Below, piece after piece: positions 53,426 to 62,302 of a DNA stretch of 64,000 nucleotides. The stretch's first letter is position 1. Each line of letters begins with the position of its first letter. Made by a program: the position numbers and the translations under genes. This DNA comes from a virus. The DNA is taken from IMG/VR virus record IMGVR_UViG_3300037549_000096; one strand, written 5' to 3'. The notes beneath the pieces were generated by a model. That model made no database searches. It was not told the origin of the DNA and saw nothing but the letters and a program-made list of their open reading frames with translations.

Positions 53426-53725
53426 GTGAAAATCGACTTTATGCAAGAACTTAAAGACTTTGCCGGGGAACCTCTTCAGTTACAGAAAGACGGACCCAAT
53501 CTTACACTCAAGGAAGCTATTACTATCTCTATTAGATCAGCATTACAGGAAGACGCTCATGCGCCTCTTGCTGATAAGATCGCTTTAGATCGTATTGGCG
53601 AACTGGTTTATCAAGATGGTGGAGAAATTGATACTGGTCAAGCAACAATCATTAAAGAACGTATCGCTAAGGTGTTTACTGCGCCTGCTGTAAGTGGGGC
53701 TGTAAAGAGAGCTATCGAAGGTTAA
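53426..53725 (+). CDS. hypothetical protein
   Basis: GGAG RBS, GTG start. Confidence 0.7.
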   Translation: MKIDFMQELKDFAGEPLQLQKDGPNLTLKEAITISIRSALQEDAHAPLADKIALDRIGELVYQDGGEIDTGQATIIKERIAKVFTAPAVSGAVKRAIEG

Positions 53726-53746
53726 GAATTAAATACAATGAAAACG

Positions 53747-53774
53747 AAAAAGGGAAACTTCGGTTTCCTTTTTT
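53747..53774 (+). terminator. intrinsic terminator with a cUUCGg loop
   Basis: aaaaagggaaac-ttcg-gtttcc-tttttt. Confidence 0.85.
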
Positions 53775-53845
53775 CATTTTAGTTGCCAAACTTCTATTTT
53801 TCGTGTTAAGATACTAATACACTGTTCATCAAAGGAGAACACTCT

Positions 53846-54322
53846 ATGTCAATCGCCGGAACACAACACTTCTCTCAAACAGAAGTAGAACACAGTGATT
53901 ATGCAATAGAGCATAACATTGATAATACACTTCCTGAAGAATTAGAAGGAAACGCACAAAGACAATGTGAATTCTTGGAAGAACTTCGATCCTTACTTTC
54001 TGGTCATTATGGTCAGGATGTAAAGATTTTTACTTCTAGTTTCTATCGTGGTCCTAAACTTAATCATGCTATTGGTGGCGTTGAAACTTCACAGCATATG
54101 AAGGGTCAAGCTACTGACTTACATACGAGCGTTGGAACATTAGATGAAGTTTTTGAATTTATCGAAGAATCAGATCTTCAGTTTGATCAATTAATTGAAG
54201 AATCAGATAAAGAAGGTCATAGATGGATTCATATTAGTACTCCTGATGATGGTGTTGAACCTCGTCGTGAAGTATTAAAAGGTGAAAAAGGACAAAGACT
54301 CACAAGAGTCGCATTAGGATAA
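53846..54322 (+). CDS. peptidase M15 family endolysin
   Basis: SSFYR.PKLN.AIGG..TSQHMKGQATD...FDQLI.E...WIHIS. Confidence 0.9.
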   Translation: MSIAGTQHFSQTEVEHSDYAIEHNIDNTLPEELEGNAQRQCEFLEELRSLLSGHYGQDVKIFTSSFYRGPKLNHAIGGVETSQHMKGQATDLHTSVGTLDEVFEFIEESDLQFDQLIEESDKEGHRWIHISTPDDGVEPRREVLKGEKGQRLTRVALG

Positions 54323-54323
54323 T

Positions 54324-55268
54324 ATGATAATCAAACTTGCATTTGATCCTTTAACTATTGGTGCTGGTTTAGCTTTAGCTAAAGGTATTCCTACAGCTAT
54401 TGGTGCTGCAATTGGTAATCAAATGCATGATATTCCTCATTTTATTTCTTCTAAATCTAATAGATTTGGTAAATTTATACAACGAAGTGTAATCGCTGAT
54501 TCGATTATAGCGGCAAAGAAAGGTACAGAAGGTAAAATTTATGCAAATCGTAAATTAGGGCCTACTGCTTTCTTTGCCGGTATTCCAGGTCTTAATTTAG
54601 GCGGCGCTCCACAAGAAGGTAAATCTATTGCTGTAATGGAAGCGAATTTACTTGGCGCTAATATTCCTGGTCTAAAACATGCTTTTAAAGGTAATAAATT
54701 AAAAGTTAATCGTATTAAGGGCGCATTAGGTTTTGCTAGAGGTATTGATAGAAGTGCTGGTGCTGCTCAAATAGTTATTCCTACTGGAATGGGTATTAAA
54801 GGTTTTAATGACGAATATAAACGAAGTGGTGATTTTAAAGCCGCAAGTAAAAAAGGTTTAATCGGAGCCGCTACAGGTGGTGTCATTGCTGCTGGCTTAG
54901 AAATTCCTCGTAGATTAGCCTCTACTGGTTCTAAACTTCATAATACATTATCAAAAGATAATGGTTATGGATATAAACTTTTAGAAGAAGCTGCTGTTCA
55001 TGCTGAAAAATCTATGAATCGTCCTAAATTATTAAATTATTCACATCATTTTTATGCAACTCCTGAAGAAAATCTTAAAGGTATTACAGGTAAAGTATTT
55101 GGTAATAATTGGCAACGGTTATTAGGGCAGAAACGAGCTAAAGGTTATGATCCTATTAAGGGTTATGACTATGGCGAAACAAGTGAAGCTGGTCCTATTT
55201 CTTCTACTATTGATAAACTAGATCATTTAAAAAGAAAAATAGAACGAACAATAAAGAAACCATTCTAA
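54324..55268 (+). CDS. MIIKLA-family basic glycine-zipper protein
   Basis: MIIKLAF; GLIGAATGGVIAAG; K/R-rich. Confidence 0.8.
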   Translation: MIIKLAFDPLTIGAGLALAKGIPTAIGAAIGNQMHDIPHFISSKSNRFGKFIQRSVIADSIIAAKKGTEGKIYANRKLGPTAFFAGIPGLNLGGAPQEGKSIAVMEANLLGANIPGLKHAFKGNKLKVNRIKGALGFARGIDRSAGAAQIVIPTGMGIKGFNDEYKRSGDFKAASKKGLIGAATGGVIAAGLEIPRRLASTGSKLHNTLSKDNGYGYKLLEEAAVHAEKSMNRPKLLNYSHHFYATPEENLKGITGKVFGNNWQRLLGQKRAKGYDPIKGYDYGETSEAGPISSTIDKLDHLKRKIERTIKKPF

Positions 55269-55732
55269 TGATTATTAAATTAGCTGAATCAACTCTAGAA
55301 AAAGCCAAACACGAACTCGACTTGATCGGGATGACAGCTAATAATAAAGATGAAATGAACAAGGATATGCGTAAGCATATTCTTGAAATTATCAAAACTT
55401 TTAGTAAGCAGGGACATTCAGGATTTTCAGCTAATTATGCAATTGGTATTTTATCTAAACTTTTACAGCATAAACCTTTAAGTCCATTAACAGGTAACGA
55501 TAATGAATGGGAAGATGTATCCGTAATGTCTCAGTGTAAAAACAAAGATAAATGGTATCAGAATAAACGTGCATCAAATGTATTTAAAGAAATTAAGAAT
55601 GGCAAAGTTTTTACTTATGACATATATGGTAAAAGTTTTGTAGATAAAGATGGCATTTCTTATTCTAATAAGAATAGTAAAGTCAAAGTTAAATTTCCTT
55701 ATACACCTAAAACCGAAGTCATAAAGGAGTAA
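55268..55732 (+). CDS. MIIKLA-tagged conserved phage protein
   Basis: MIIKLAE followed by AKHEL..FSKQGHSGFSA..PLSPLTG.D.EW..QNKR. Confidence 0.8.
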   Translation: MIIKLAESTLEKAKHELDLIGMTANNKDEMNKDMRKHILEIIKTFSKQGHSGFSANYAIGILSKLLQHKPLSPLTGNDNEWEDVSVMSQCKNKDKWYQNKRASNVFKEIKNGKVFTYDIYGKSFVDKDGISYSNKNSKVKVKFPYTPKTEVIKE

Positions 55733-55734
55733 TT

Positions 55735-55914
55735 ATGTTTAAACTCATTTTAACTCATGCTTTAGCTACTGGTGTTGGTGGTGGTTTAGGTATGTTACTT
55801 AAATCATGGCTTTCAAGAAAATCTACCGCTTTATTAGCTGAATTAAAAACTAAGGCTAAGATTGAAGGCAATGACGCTAAGGATGCTATCTTAGTAAAAC
55901 TCAAAAATCTATGA
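55735..55914 (+). CDS. small single-TM protein (59 aa)
   Basis: AAGGAG RBS; MFKLILTHALATGVGGGLGMLL; not in the track. Confidence 0.6.
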   Translation: MFKLILTHALATGVGGGLGMLLKSWLSRKSTALLAELKTKAKIEGNDAKDAILVKLKNL

Positions 55915-56219
55915 TTTGTTTATCTATTTTATTATCTGTAACACATATTTATCCTTCTATGCCTATTATTCCTTTGCCTAATATTAAATTAGATATTAAT
56001 CTTAATGAATTAGTGTTATTTATTGAAAAAAATATGAAAGATAAAGAAATTAGCATTGAAGTAGAAGATGAAAATTTTAATGAAGTTTATTCAAGTACAT
56101 TTTTAAAACTAATTATTAGAACTTCAACTTATTTTGAAAATCAAGGTTATACAGTAATGATAACTGATACAAAAAATCCTCATATTATTTCTTTTACTAT
56201 TTCTAAAAAGAACAAATGA
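55911..56219 (+). CDS. hypothetical protein
   Basis: ATGA-coupled ORF. Confidence 0.6.
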   Translation: MICLSILLSVTHIYPSMPIIPLPNIKLDINLNELVLFIEKNMKDKEISIEVEDENFNEVYSSTFLKLIIRTSTYFENQGYTVMITDTKNPHIISFTISKKNK

Positions 56220-56884
56220 ATAACATCGAACTATATCAACAATCTCAATCACCACAACTCGCTCAATTACTCTTGGACGAAAATAGAGATACTATAAATA
56301 AACATGTAAATAAATGGAAAGGTGTTCTTCCTGATATAGTTATTCAAAAACATGCAGAAAAATATGCTTTAGATGCTTTTAAGACATATGATCCATCTAA
56401 AGGTGCATCACTTCATACACATATGTTTAATCATCTTAGTAAATTATCACGATTAAATTATGACAATCAGAATGTAGTTAAGATTCCTGAACATCAGATT
56501 CTTCAAATTCGTAATTACCATGATTCAGTTGCTCATTTAACTGATCAATTAGGATATGCGCCAAGTCATGAAGAAATTGCTGATCATATGATACTTCCAG
56601 TATCACATGTAAAACGATTATCTGAAAATGTTAATCGAAAGGATTATACTTATGATTCAGATCATGAAGATTTGCAGCAAAGAGATATCGAATCTAATCC
56701 TAAATCTCTTTATATTCAAGATGTTTTTAGCCATCTTAACAAAAAACAAAAACAACAATTCCAAGATCTTACTGGATTTAATGGTGCGCCGATTTTAAAA
56801 CCTAGTGAGTTTGGTAAGAAACATAACATGAAACCGTTTGAAGTTTCTAGAGTGAAAATGACGTTAGCTAAGAAGTTTAAATAG
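56216..56884 (+). CDS. phage sigma70-like RNA polymerase sigma factor
   Basis: ALDAFKTYDPSKGASLHTHM (region 2); VKIPEH; LTDQLGYAPSHEEIADHM (region 3). Confidence 0.8.
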   Translation: MNNIELYQQSQSPQLAQLLLDENRDTINKHVNKWKGVLPDIVIQKHAEKYALDAFKTYDPSKGASLHTHMFNHLSKLSRLNYDNQNVVKIPEHQILQIRNYHDSVAHLTDQLGYAPSHEEIADHMILPVSHVKRLSENVNRKDYTYDSDHEDLQQRDIESNPKSLYIQDVFSHLNKKQKQQFQDLTGFNGAPILKPSEFGKKHNMKPFEVSRVKMTLAKKFK

Positions 56885-56893
56885 GAGTAAATA

Positions 56894-57289
56894 ATGGCTA
56901 CTACCTTTAATAAATCGATTCAACCTCTTGATGGTAACTGGATTGTTACTTTTAGTATTGCCTCTAAAGATCCAGACGATTACACCTTGGCTCAACAATA
57001 TGGTGATCTTGATTTAGAGTTTGCTAATAAGTATGTTGATCCTCTTGATAATACTTTTTCTTTTACAATTCTTAAATCTAATAGATCAATTTGGTCGGAT
57101 ATATTATTAAACAAACTTCCTAATATTGAATATAAGTTTGTCTTTGATGATGCGTCCATCGTATCGGCCACTCGATATCGACAAGCTGTGATTTATGCCA
57201 ATACTGTACAAGCGGCATTGATAGCGGCTCTTACCGTGTTGAGAGCTATGCCAGCTACTCCCCCTGTAACTTCTACTTTTACGGTGTAA
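56894..57289 (+). CDS. hypothetical (probably structural) protein
   Basis: AGGAG RBS; ORF track. Confidence 0.65.
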   Translation: MATTFNKSIQPLDGNWIVTFSIASKDPDDYTLAQQYGDLDLEFANKYVDPLDNTFSFTILKSNRSIWSDILLNKLPNIEYKFVFDDASIVSATRYRQAVIYANTVQAALIAALTVLRAMPATPPVTSTFTV

Positions 57290-57291
57290 AC

Positions 57292-57498
57292 ATGATTGCT
57301 AAATTAGCAGGACGACAACAGTACAAACCTTTAGCTGATTTAGCTAAAGAAATGGCAAAAGAAACTTCGCCACTTCCTAAAGTAGAACCTTCTTCTATTA
57401 TTAAGAATTTTAAAAACAAGAAAGCTTTAGCTATTGGTGCCGGTGTTGCTGCTTTAGGTGGTGGTGCTTTAGCTTATCTTAAGAGTAAGAAGAAATGA
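57292..57498 (+). CDS. MIIKLA-family protein (MIAKLAG) with a C-terminal glycine zipper
   Basis: ALAIGAGVAALGGGALAYL. Confidence 0.75.
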   Translation: MIAKLAGRQQYKPLADLAKEMAKETSPLPKVEPSSIIKNFKNKKALAIGAGVAALGGGALAYLKSKKK

Positions 57499-57746
57499 TT
57501 ATTAAATTAGCTAATCAATGTAATCAATGCGAACAACATCGAGTACAATTAGCCGGTGTTGGTGTAGCTGCATTAGGTGGAACTAAACCTTCTATGATAG
57601 CTAAAAAATTTAGTTATGGATGGTCGCCAGCTTATCAAGATACATTAAATCTTAGAAAAAAGTATGATAAGTTATTAAAGTCTTTACCTGAAAAAGAACA
57701 ATTAAAACATATGGACCCATCTGTTAGAAAGGCTTTAAGGAAATGA
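57495..57746 (+). CDS. MIIKLA-family protein
   Basis: MIIKLAN; QLAG.GVAALGG. Confidence 0.75.
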   Translation: MIIKLANQCNQCEQHRVQLAGVGVAALGGTKPSMIAKKFSYGWSPAYQDTLNLRKKYDKLLKSLPEKEQLKHMDPSVRKALRK

Positions 57747-57892
57747 TTATTAAACTAGCTCTCTTAGCTATTAAGAAAGTTCCTAAAGCGTTACAAAACC
57801 AAGAGCAAGCTCTTGATTTTGCAAACAAAGTAGTTCACGTTTCAAGACCCGATCCTGGTAAAATGAAATCACCAATTAGGATTATTGATTAA
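57743..57892 (+). CDS. MIIKLA-family protein (49 aa)
   Basis: MIIKLALLAIKKVPK...; ATGA- and TAATG-coupled on both sides; not in the track. Confidence 0.7.
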   Translation: MIIKLALLAIKKVPKALQNQEQALDFANKVVHVSRPDPGKMKSPIRIID

Positions 57893-58311
57893 TGGCTTAT
57901 GCTGATTTTTCAGAAATCTATGTAGCTTGGCTCCAGAGTCAGTTAGATTATATTGATGGTCAACCTTATTCTAATTTATCAGTTAGCATAGATCCGACTT
58001 ATGAAATTACAGCATTTAAAAATTCAGTTGATGTAAATCAACAGAAAATCTTTCATAATGCCGCAGATGATCAAGTTGGCTATTTACGTTGTATGAAAGA
58101 GATTGCAAAAAATCCTTCAGATTATTTAAATGAATATAAAGAATATCTTAAATTTGAAATGAATGTAGTTCAATCTAGTTCTCAAAAAATAGAAAACACT
58201 CACAATGTTCAAGATAATTCTAATAAGACTACTTTAAACTTTTACGCTACATTCTCTCCAGATATTTTAGCTCATTTAGCTACATATAACCCAATGAGGA
58301 TATTTAGTTGA
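57892..58311 (+). CDS. hypothetical structural protein
   Basis: ORF track; precedes the baseplate genes. Confidence 0.6.
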   Translation: MAYADFSEIYVAWLQSQLDYIDGQPYSNLSVSIDPTYEITAFKNSVDVNQQKIFHNAADDQVGYLRCMKEIAKNPSDYLNEYKEYLKFEMNVVQSSSQKIENTHNVQDNSNKTTLNFYATFSPDILAHLATYNPMRIFS

Positions 58312-58733
58312 GAGAAATAGAAACAGCTTTATTAGATCCGGTTACAGGATTATGCACATTCGCTTTAACGAATATGCGTCCTGTTTCTGGAATTAAATTA
58401 TTAGTAGCTAAAGTTTCTAAAAAGATACTTTCCAGTACCTTCGCTACAAGTATTTTTACTTATTATGGATTAGATTTACAAAAAATTCCTTATTACGCTA
58501 TTTCTAATACTGATACTGATACTATCAAAACAATGTTAAGTGCTAGTTTAGAAAATATTGCTGTTTCTATTCAAGATAATACTTCTAACTTAGCTTTAGC
58601 TACAGAACAATTAGCTTCTCTGACTTTACAAGACTTGTTATACGATAGTACGAATAATCAAATTGTTATTAAGATTTTAATTACACCAGTTAAAGGTGAT
58701 TCTCAATCATTATTATTCCCATTGGCGGTTTAA
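58308..58733 (+). CDS. baseplate wedge gp25-like protein
   Basis: SGIKLLV.KV.K.IL.S...YG..L...EQLASL...IVIKI.I pattern; directly precedes the J-like gene. Confidence 0.55.
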   Translation: MREIETALLDPVTGLCTFALTNMRPVSGIKLLVAKVSKKILSSTFATSIFTYYGLDLQKIPYYAISNTDTDTIKTMLSASLENIAVSIQDNTSNLALATEQLASLTLQDLLYDSTNNQIVIKILITPVKGDSQSLLFPLAV

Positions 58734-60478
58734 TGGATGCTTCAGACGTTCGACAATTTTTTGTAGCTTCTTTACAGAATAGTCAAGATCTTTCAGATCT
58801 TGATACTTCTCCAGATTCTAATTTTGATGATCTGGTTATTAAACCACATATGTTATTTTCTCAAGCTCTATTTAATTATATCGCAGATTATAAAGCTACG
58901 ATTTCATTAGGTAATTTAGCTAATATGACAATGCCGCAATTAACGGCAATTGCTTCACGATTATTAGTTACTCCAAATACAGGGTCTACATTATCTCTAC
59001 AAATTGCTATTTTCTTAAACGCTAACAATAATACTCCATTACAAGTATTACAAAGCGATTCATTTAGAACATCAGACGGAACTACATTTAATCCTATTCA
59101 AACATATGTATTTGTACCAACCAACTTACCTACAGTTACGATTAATGGTCAAACTTTATATGTAGCTTCTATTACGACTGTTTCACAAAACGCTTCTAAA
59201 CAAATTACAGCAAATCAAATCACATCTTGGACAATTAATCATCCAGCATTAGTTAATGTTACTAATCTTGGTTCTTCTCCTGCGCCTGTATTAGCCGATA
59301 CTAATGCTCAATTAATTACCAAGATGCAAAATGCTGGATTCACAAGGAATTTAATTAATAGACCATCTATTTTCAATGCATTGACCAAAGCATTTCCGAA
59401 TAATATGATTTCTGTTTATTCGGTAGGTTATGGTGATCCTGAAATGCAACGTGATATTGTTCCTGCTGGACAAGCGTGGAGTTTTCATGTTGGGGGAACG
59501 ATTGATGTTTATGTGAACACAGCTTTACAGCCATGTATTATTACTGCGACTGGTTCTAGAATTGCAGGTAATATATATCGTGTCATTCTGAAACGATATA
59601 AAGGTTATGATGTTAATGCTACAGATAATTCTAATCCTCATCCTGGCTTATTATATGGATGGGAGTTAGTTGAATTACCTGATAACTCTATGCCTGGTAT
59701 TTCGACGCTTCCTGTATTGCCATTCTTATATATTGATTTTACAAGTAGAACTTTAAGTATTACTGATAATGAGAGCCAGCTTTCATTTAATCAAGGTATT
59801 ATTCAAACTGATAGTACTACTTTAGATTACAAAGTTAATATAGTTAATCTTAATTCTGCAAATTTAAGATTTTCAATCTATGAACAAATTGAATTAGACT
59901 TCTATTTATCACAAGATGTTGGTGATAGTCCTACCTTTACTATTCCATACTTTACAATGAATTCATTAGAAGATGTTCAAGACTATATTTCTGAACCACA
60001 AACTATATTTCATTGTGCTGATACTTTAATTAAATCATTTATTCCGATTGAAATTCGTGATTTTAGTATTAAATATGATAAAAACTATTCAGTAGACGTT
60101 GCAGGTTTAACGATATCGCTTTGCAATATCATTAATAACTGGAATAGTCCTGAACATATTCGTATGTCTACACTCTTGTCAAATGTTCCGGTTCCTGTCA
60201 GAATAGGAGAGTTAGGCGAAGATTTTCCGATCAATGCAGATTTGATTACACCTGACAATTATATTACGGCTGTTCCTTCTCAATTAGATAGTGATGTTTA
60301 TGCAACATTACCAACTTACGTAGAAGTCGTACAACATAACATTGATGGTTCTGAATATCATTTTGTTACAACTGATCAAATTTGCTCAATTGAAAAACCT
60401 CAATTATCTTCGACTCGTAGAACTGTAAAATATTTCATTCAACCTGAGAATCTTCACTTTGTTCCATCATCTTGGTAG
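58733..60478 (+). CDS. baseplate J-like wedge protein
   Basis: F.DLVIKP; VTN...DTNAQL; VGYGDPEMQRD; HVGGTIDVYV. Confidence 0.7.
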   Translation: MDASDVRQFFVASLQNSQDLSDLDTSPDSNFDDLVIKPHMLFSQALFNYIADYKATISLGNLANMTMPQLTAIASRLLVTPNTGSTLSLQIAIFLNANNNTPLQVLQSDSFRTSDGTTFNPIQTYVFVPTNLPTVTINGQTLYVASITTVSQNASKQITANQITSWTINHPALVNVTNLGSSPAPVLADTNAQLITKMQNAGFTRNLINRPSIFNALTKAFPNNMISVYSVGYGDPEMQRDIVPAGQAWSFHVGGTIDVYVNTALQPCIITATGSRIAGNIYRVILKRYKGYDVNATDNSNPHPGLLYGWELVELPDNSMPGISTLPVLPFLYIDFTSRTLSITDNESQLSFNQGIIQTDSTTLDYKVNIVNLNSANLRFSIYEQIELDFYLSQDVGDSPTFTIPYFTMNSLEDVQDYISEPQTIFHCADTLIKSFIPIEIRDFSIKYDKNYSVDVAGLTISLCNIINNWNSPEHIRMSTLLSNVPVPVRIGELGEDFPINADLITPDNYITAVPSQLDSDVYATLPTYVEVVQHNIDGSEYHFVTTDQICSIEKPQLSSTRRTVKYFIQPENLHFVPSSW

Positions 60479-60486
60479 GTTAATTA

Positions 60487-60666
60487 ATGCCACCTATTAA
60501 ACGGTTTGATGAAAAGAATTTAACTCCCGTTAAGGAAACATCGGTTTCCTTTGGAGTAAAGAATCATGTTGTTAAAAATCCAAATACGAGTTTAACTGGT
60601 ATTAGTTATATCAAAAAAATCGCATCTTTCATAAATAATTCTGATTTATATAAAAAGGGGAAGTAA
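60487..60666 (+). CDS. small protein with an internal KKIA motif (59 aa)
   Basis: MPPIKRFDE...YIKKIASF; not in the track. Confidence 0.55.
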   Translation: MPPIKRFDEKNLTPVKETSVSFGVKNHVVKNPNTSLTGISYIKKIASFINNSDLYKKGK

Positions 60667-60667
60667 A

Positions 60668-61423
60668 ATGACTTTATCGGCTGAAGAAATCATCAAGGAA
60701 GCTGAGTTAGCTATTCAAGTTGAAGCTGGTAAAGCTTTAGAAAAGAAAGCCGGTGAAACAGTAATTGAAATTTTAGAACAACGTAAAAAAGATGGACTTG
60801 ATAAAGTAGCGGAAAATACTACTGTATCATTTGAAGGTACTGTAAGTGTTGAAGGTTTTAGTAAAGAAGCCGATGAAAAACCTAGTGATGTTGTAAGTAT
60901 TAAAAGTTTTGATAAAGTAGCTTTAGATTTAACCGCTTTAAAAACTCCTTTAATGGCGTTAGGTAAAGGTATTTTAGCTAATCAAGGTGTTCGTAATATA
61001 GCAGTTGGTAGTGCGATTGGTGCTGCTGGTGGTGCGTTAGCTAATAAGAACGATAGAATGGGTGGTGCTATTAAAGGTGGTTTATTAGGCGGTATTGGTG
61101 GTGCTGCTGTTAGTGCTGGAACTAGACCTTTAGCTAAATCAATTCCTGGTGCTTTAGGTAATGCTAAAATAGTAGCACCTACACCGATTAGACAGTTTAG
61201 TAATACAATGGGTTTAACTAATCCTGCTACATTTAAACAAACAGATCGTATTGCTAAAACTATAATTCCTAATAAAGCTGAACCTATTACTCATAGTGGC
61301 CCTACTATCGGTCAAGGACTTCAAGATAGTCTTAAAAATTTTAAAACTAGACTATTCGGACCCAAACCTTCTGGTCAAGTTTTTAACCCTAATTTTGCTA
61401 GTGAAGCTATGAGTGGTAAATGA
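60668..61423 (+). CDS. virion internal/scaffold-like protein with repeated KxA motifs and a glycine zipper
   Basis: IIKEAE, LEKKAG, LDKVAE, FSKEAD, FDKVAL in an acidic N-terminus, then GSAIGAAGG...GGLLGGIGGAA. Confidence 0.7.
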   Translation: MTLSAEEIIKEAELAIQVEAGKALEKKAGETVIEILEQRKKDGLDKVAENTTVSFEGTVSVEGFSKEADEKPSDVVSIKSFDKVALDLTALKTPLMALGKGILANQGVRNIAVGSAIGAAGGALANKNDRMGGAIKGGLLGGIGGAAVSAGTRPLAKSIPGALGNAKIVAPTPIRQFSNTMGLTNPATFKQTDRIAKTIIPNKAEPITHSGPTIGQGLQDSLKNFKTRLFGPKPSGQVFNPNFASEAMSGK

Positions 61424-61764
61424 TTATTAAACTCGCCACTTTTACCGCAGAAGAAGAAACCCAGCTTCGTAAGAAGTTGGCAGATCCTTCTCAAATAAAA
61501 TCTAAACAAGTTCTACTTAATTACGCTCATCCCGCTACTATTTTAGGTGGTGCTACAGGTGGTTTTATTGGTTCTGAAGTAGGTGATAAGGTATTTGGTG
61601 GTAAGCATATGACTGAAATGTTACATACTCCATTAGGTAAGACTGGACCTGGAATTACTTCTAGATTTGCGAAGAATCTCTTTCGTGGTGGTTTAGGCGC
61701 TGTAGGTGCTGGTATTGGCGCTTATGGAGTGCAAAAGTTTAGAGAACACAAGGAATCAAAATGA
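61420..61764 (+). CDS. MIIKLA-family glycine-zipper protein
   Basis: MIIKLAT; GGATGGFIG, GGLGAVGAGIG. Confidence 0.8.
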   Translation: MIIKLATFTAEEETQLRKKLADPSQIKSKQVLLNYAHPATILGGATGGFIGSEVGDKVFGGKHMTEMLHTPLGKTGPGITSRFAKNLFRGGLGAVGAGIGAYGVQKFREHKESK

Positions 61765-61985
61765 TTATTAAACTAGCTGAAATCTTCAATATCCCATTAA
61801 AACAACAAAATGAATCAGCTAAACCTAACTTTACTCCAATTCATTTAACTAATGAAGTAAAGAAATTCCATCCTGCTTCCACTACTTCTAACAACCCTTT
61901 AATTCAAAACGCCAAGAAAGAAGCTTGTTCTGGTGTTCCGAAAACTAAGTGGTGGAAGAAGATGGAAAAAGCACAATTGAACTAA
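61761..61985 (+). CDS. MIIKLA-family protein
   Basis: MIIKLAE. Confidence 0.75.
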   Translation: MIIKLAEIFNIPLKQQNESAKPNFTPIHLTNEVKKFHPASTTSNNPLIQNAKKEACSGVPKTKWWKKMEKAQLN

Positions 61986-61994
61986 AGGGATAAT

Positions 61995-62300
61995 ATGATT
62001 ATTAAACTAGCCAGTCTTACTAAAGATGAAAAATTTCAGATTAGAAACACTTTATCAGAAGAAGAAAACAAAATGCCTAAAGCTCTTAAACGTGCGCTTT
62101 GGGGTGGTTTATTAACTACCCCTATTGGGGTTGTTCCCGGTGCTGTTGTAGGTGGTCTTTCTGGTCATTTTGCAGACAAGAAACGTAAGGCTCAATTTAA
62201 GGAATTACGTAGAGCTTTATCTAATAATGAAATGCATCCTGAAGCTTCTCATATTTTAAAATCATATAGTAAAGAATATAAAAAATCTTTAAAGAAATAA
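61995..62300 (+). CDS. MIIKLA-family glycine-zipper protein
   Basis: MIIKLAS; GVVPGAVVGGLSG. Confidence 0.8.
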   Translation: MIIKLASLTKDEKFQIRNTLSEEENKMPKALKRALWGGLLTTPIGVVPGAVVGGLSGHFADKKRKAQFKELRRALSNNEMHPEASHILKSYSKEYKKSLKK

Positions 62301-62302
62301 TC

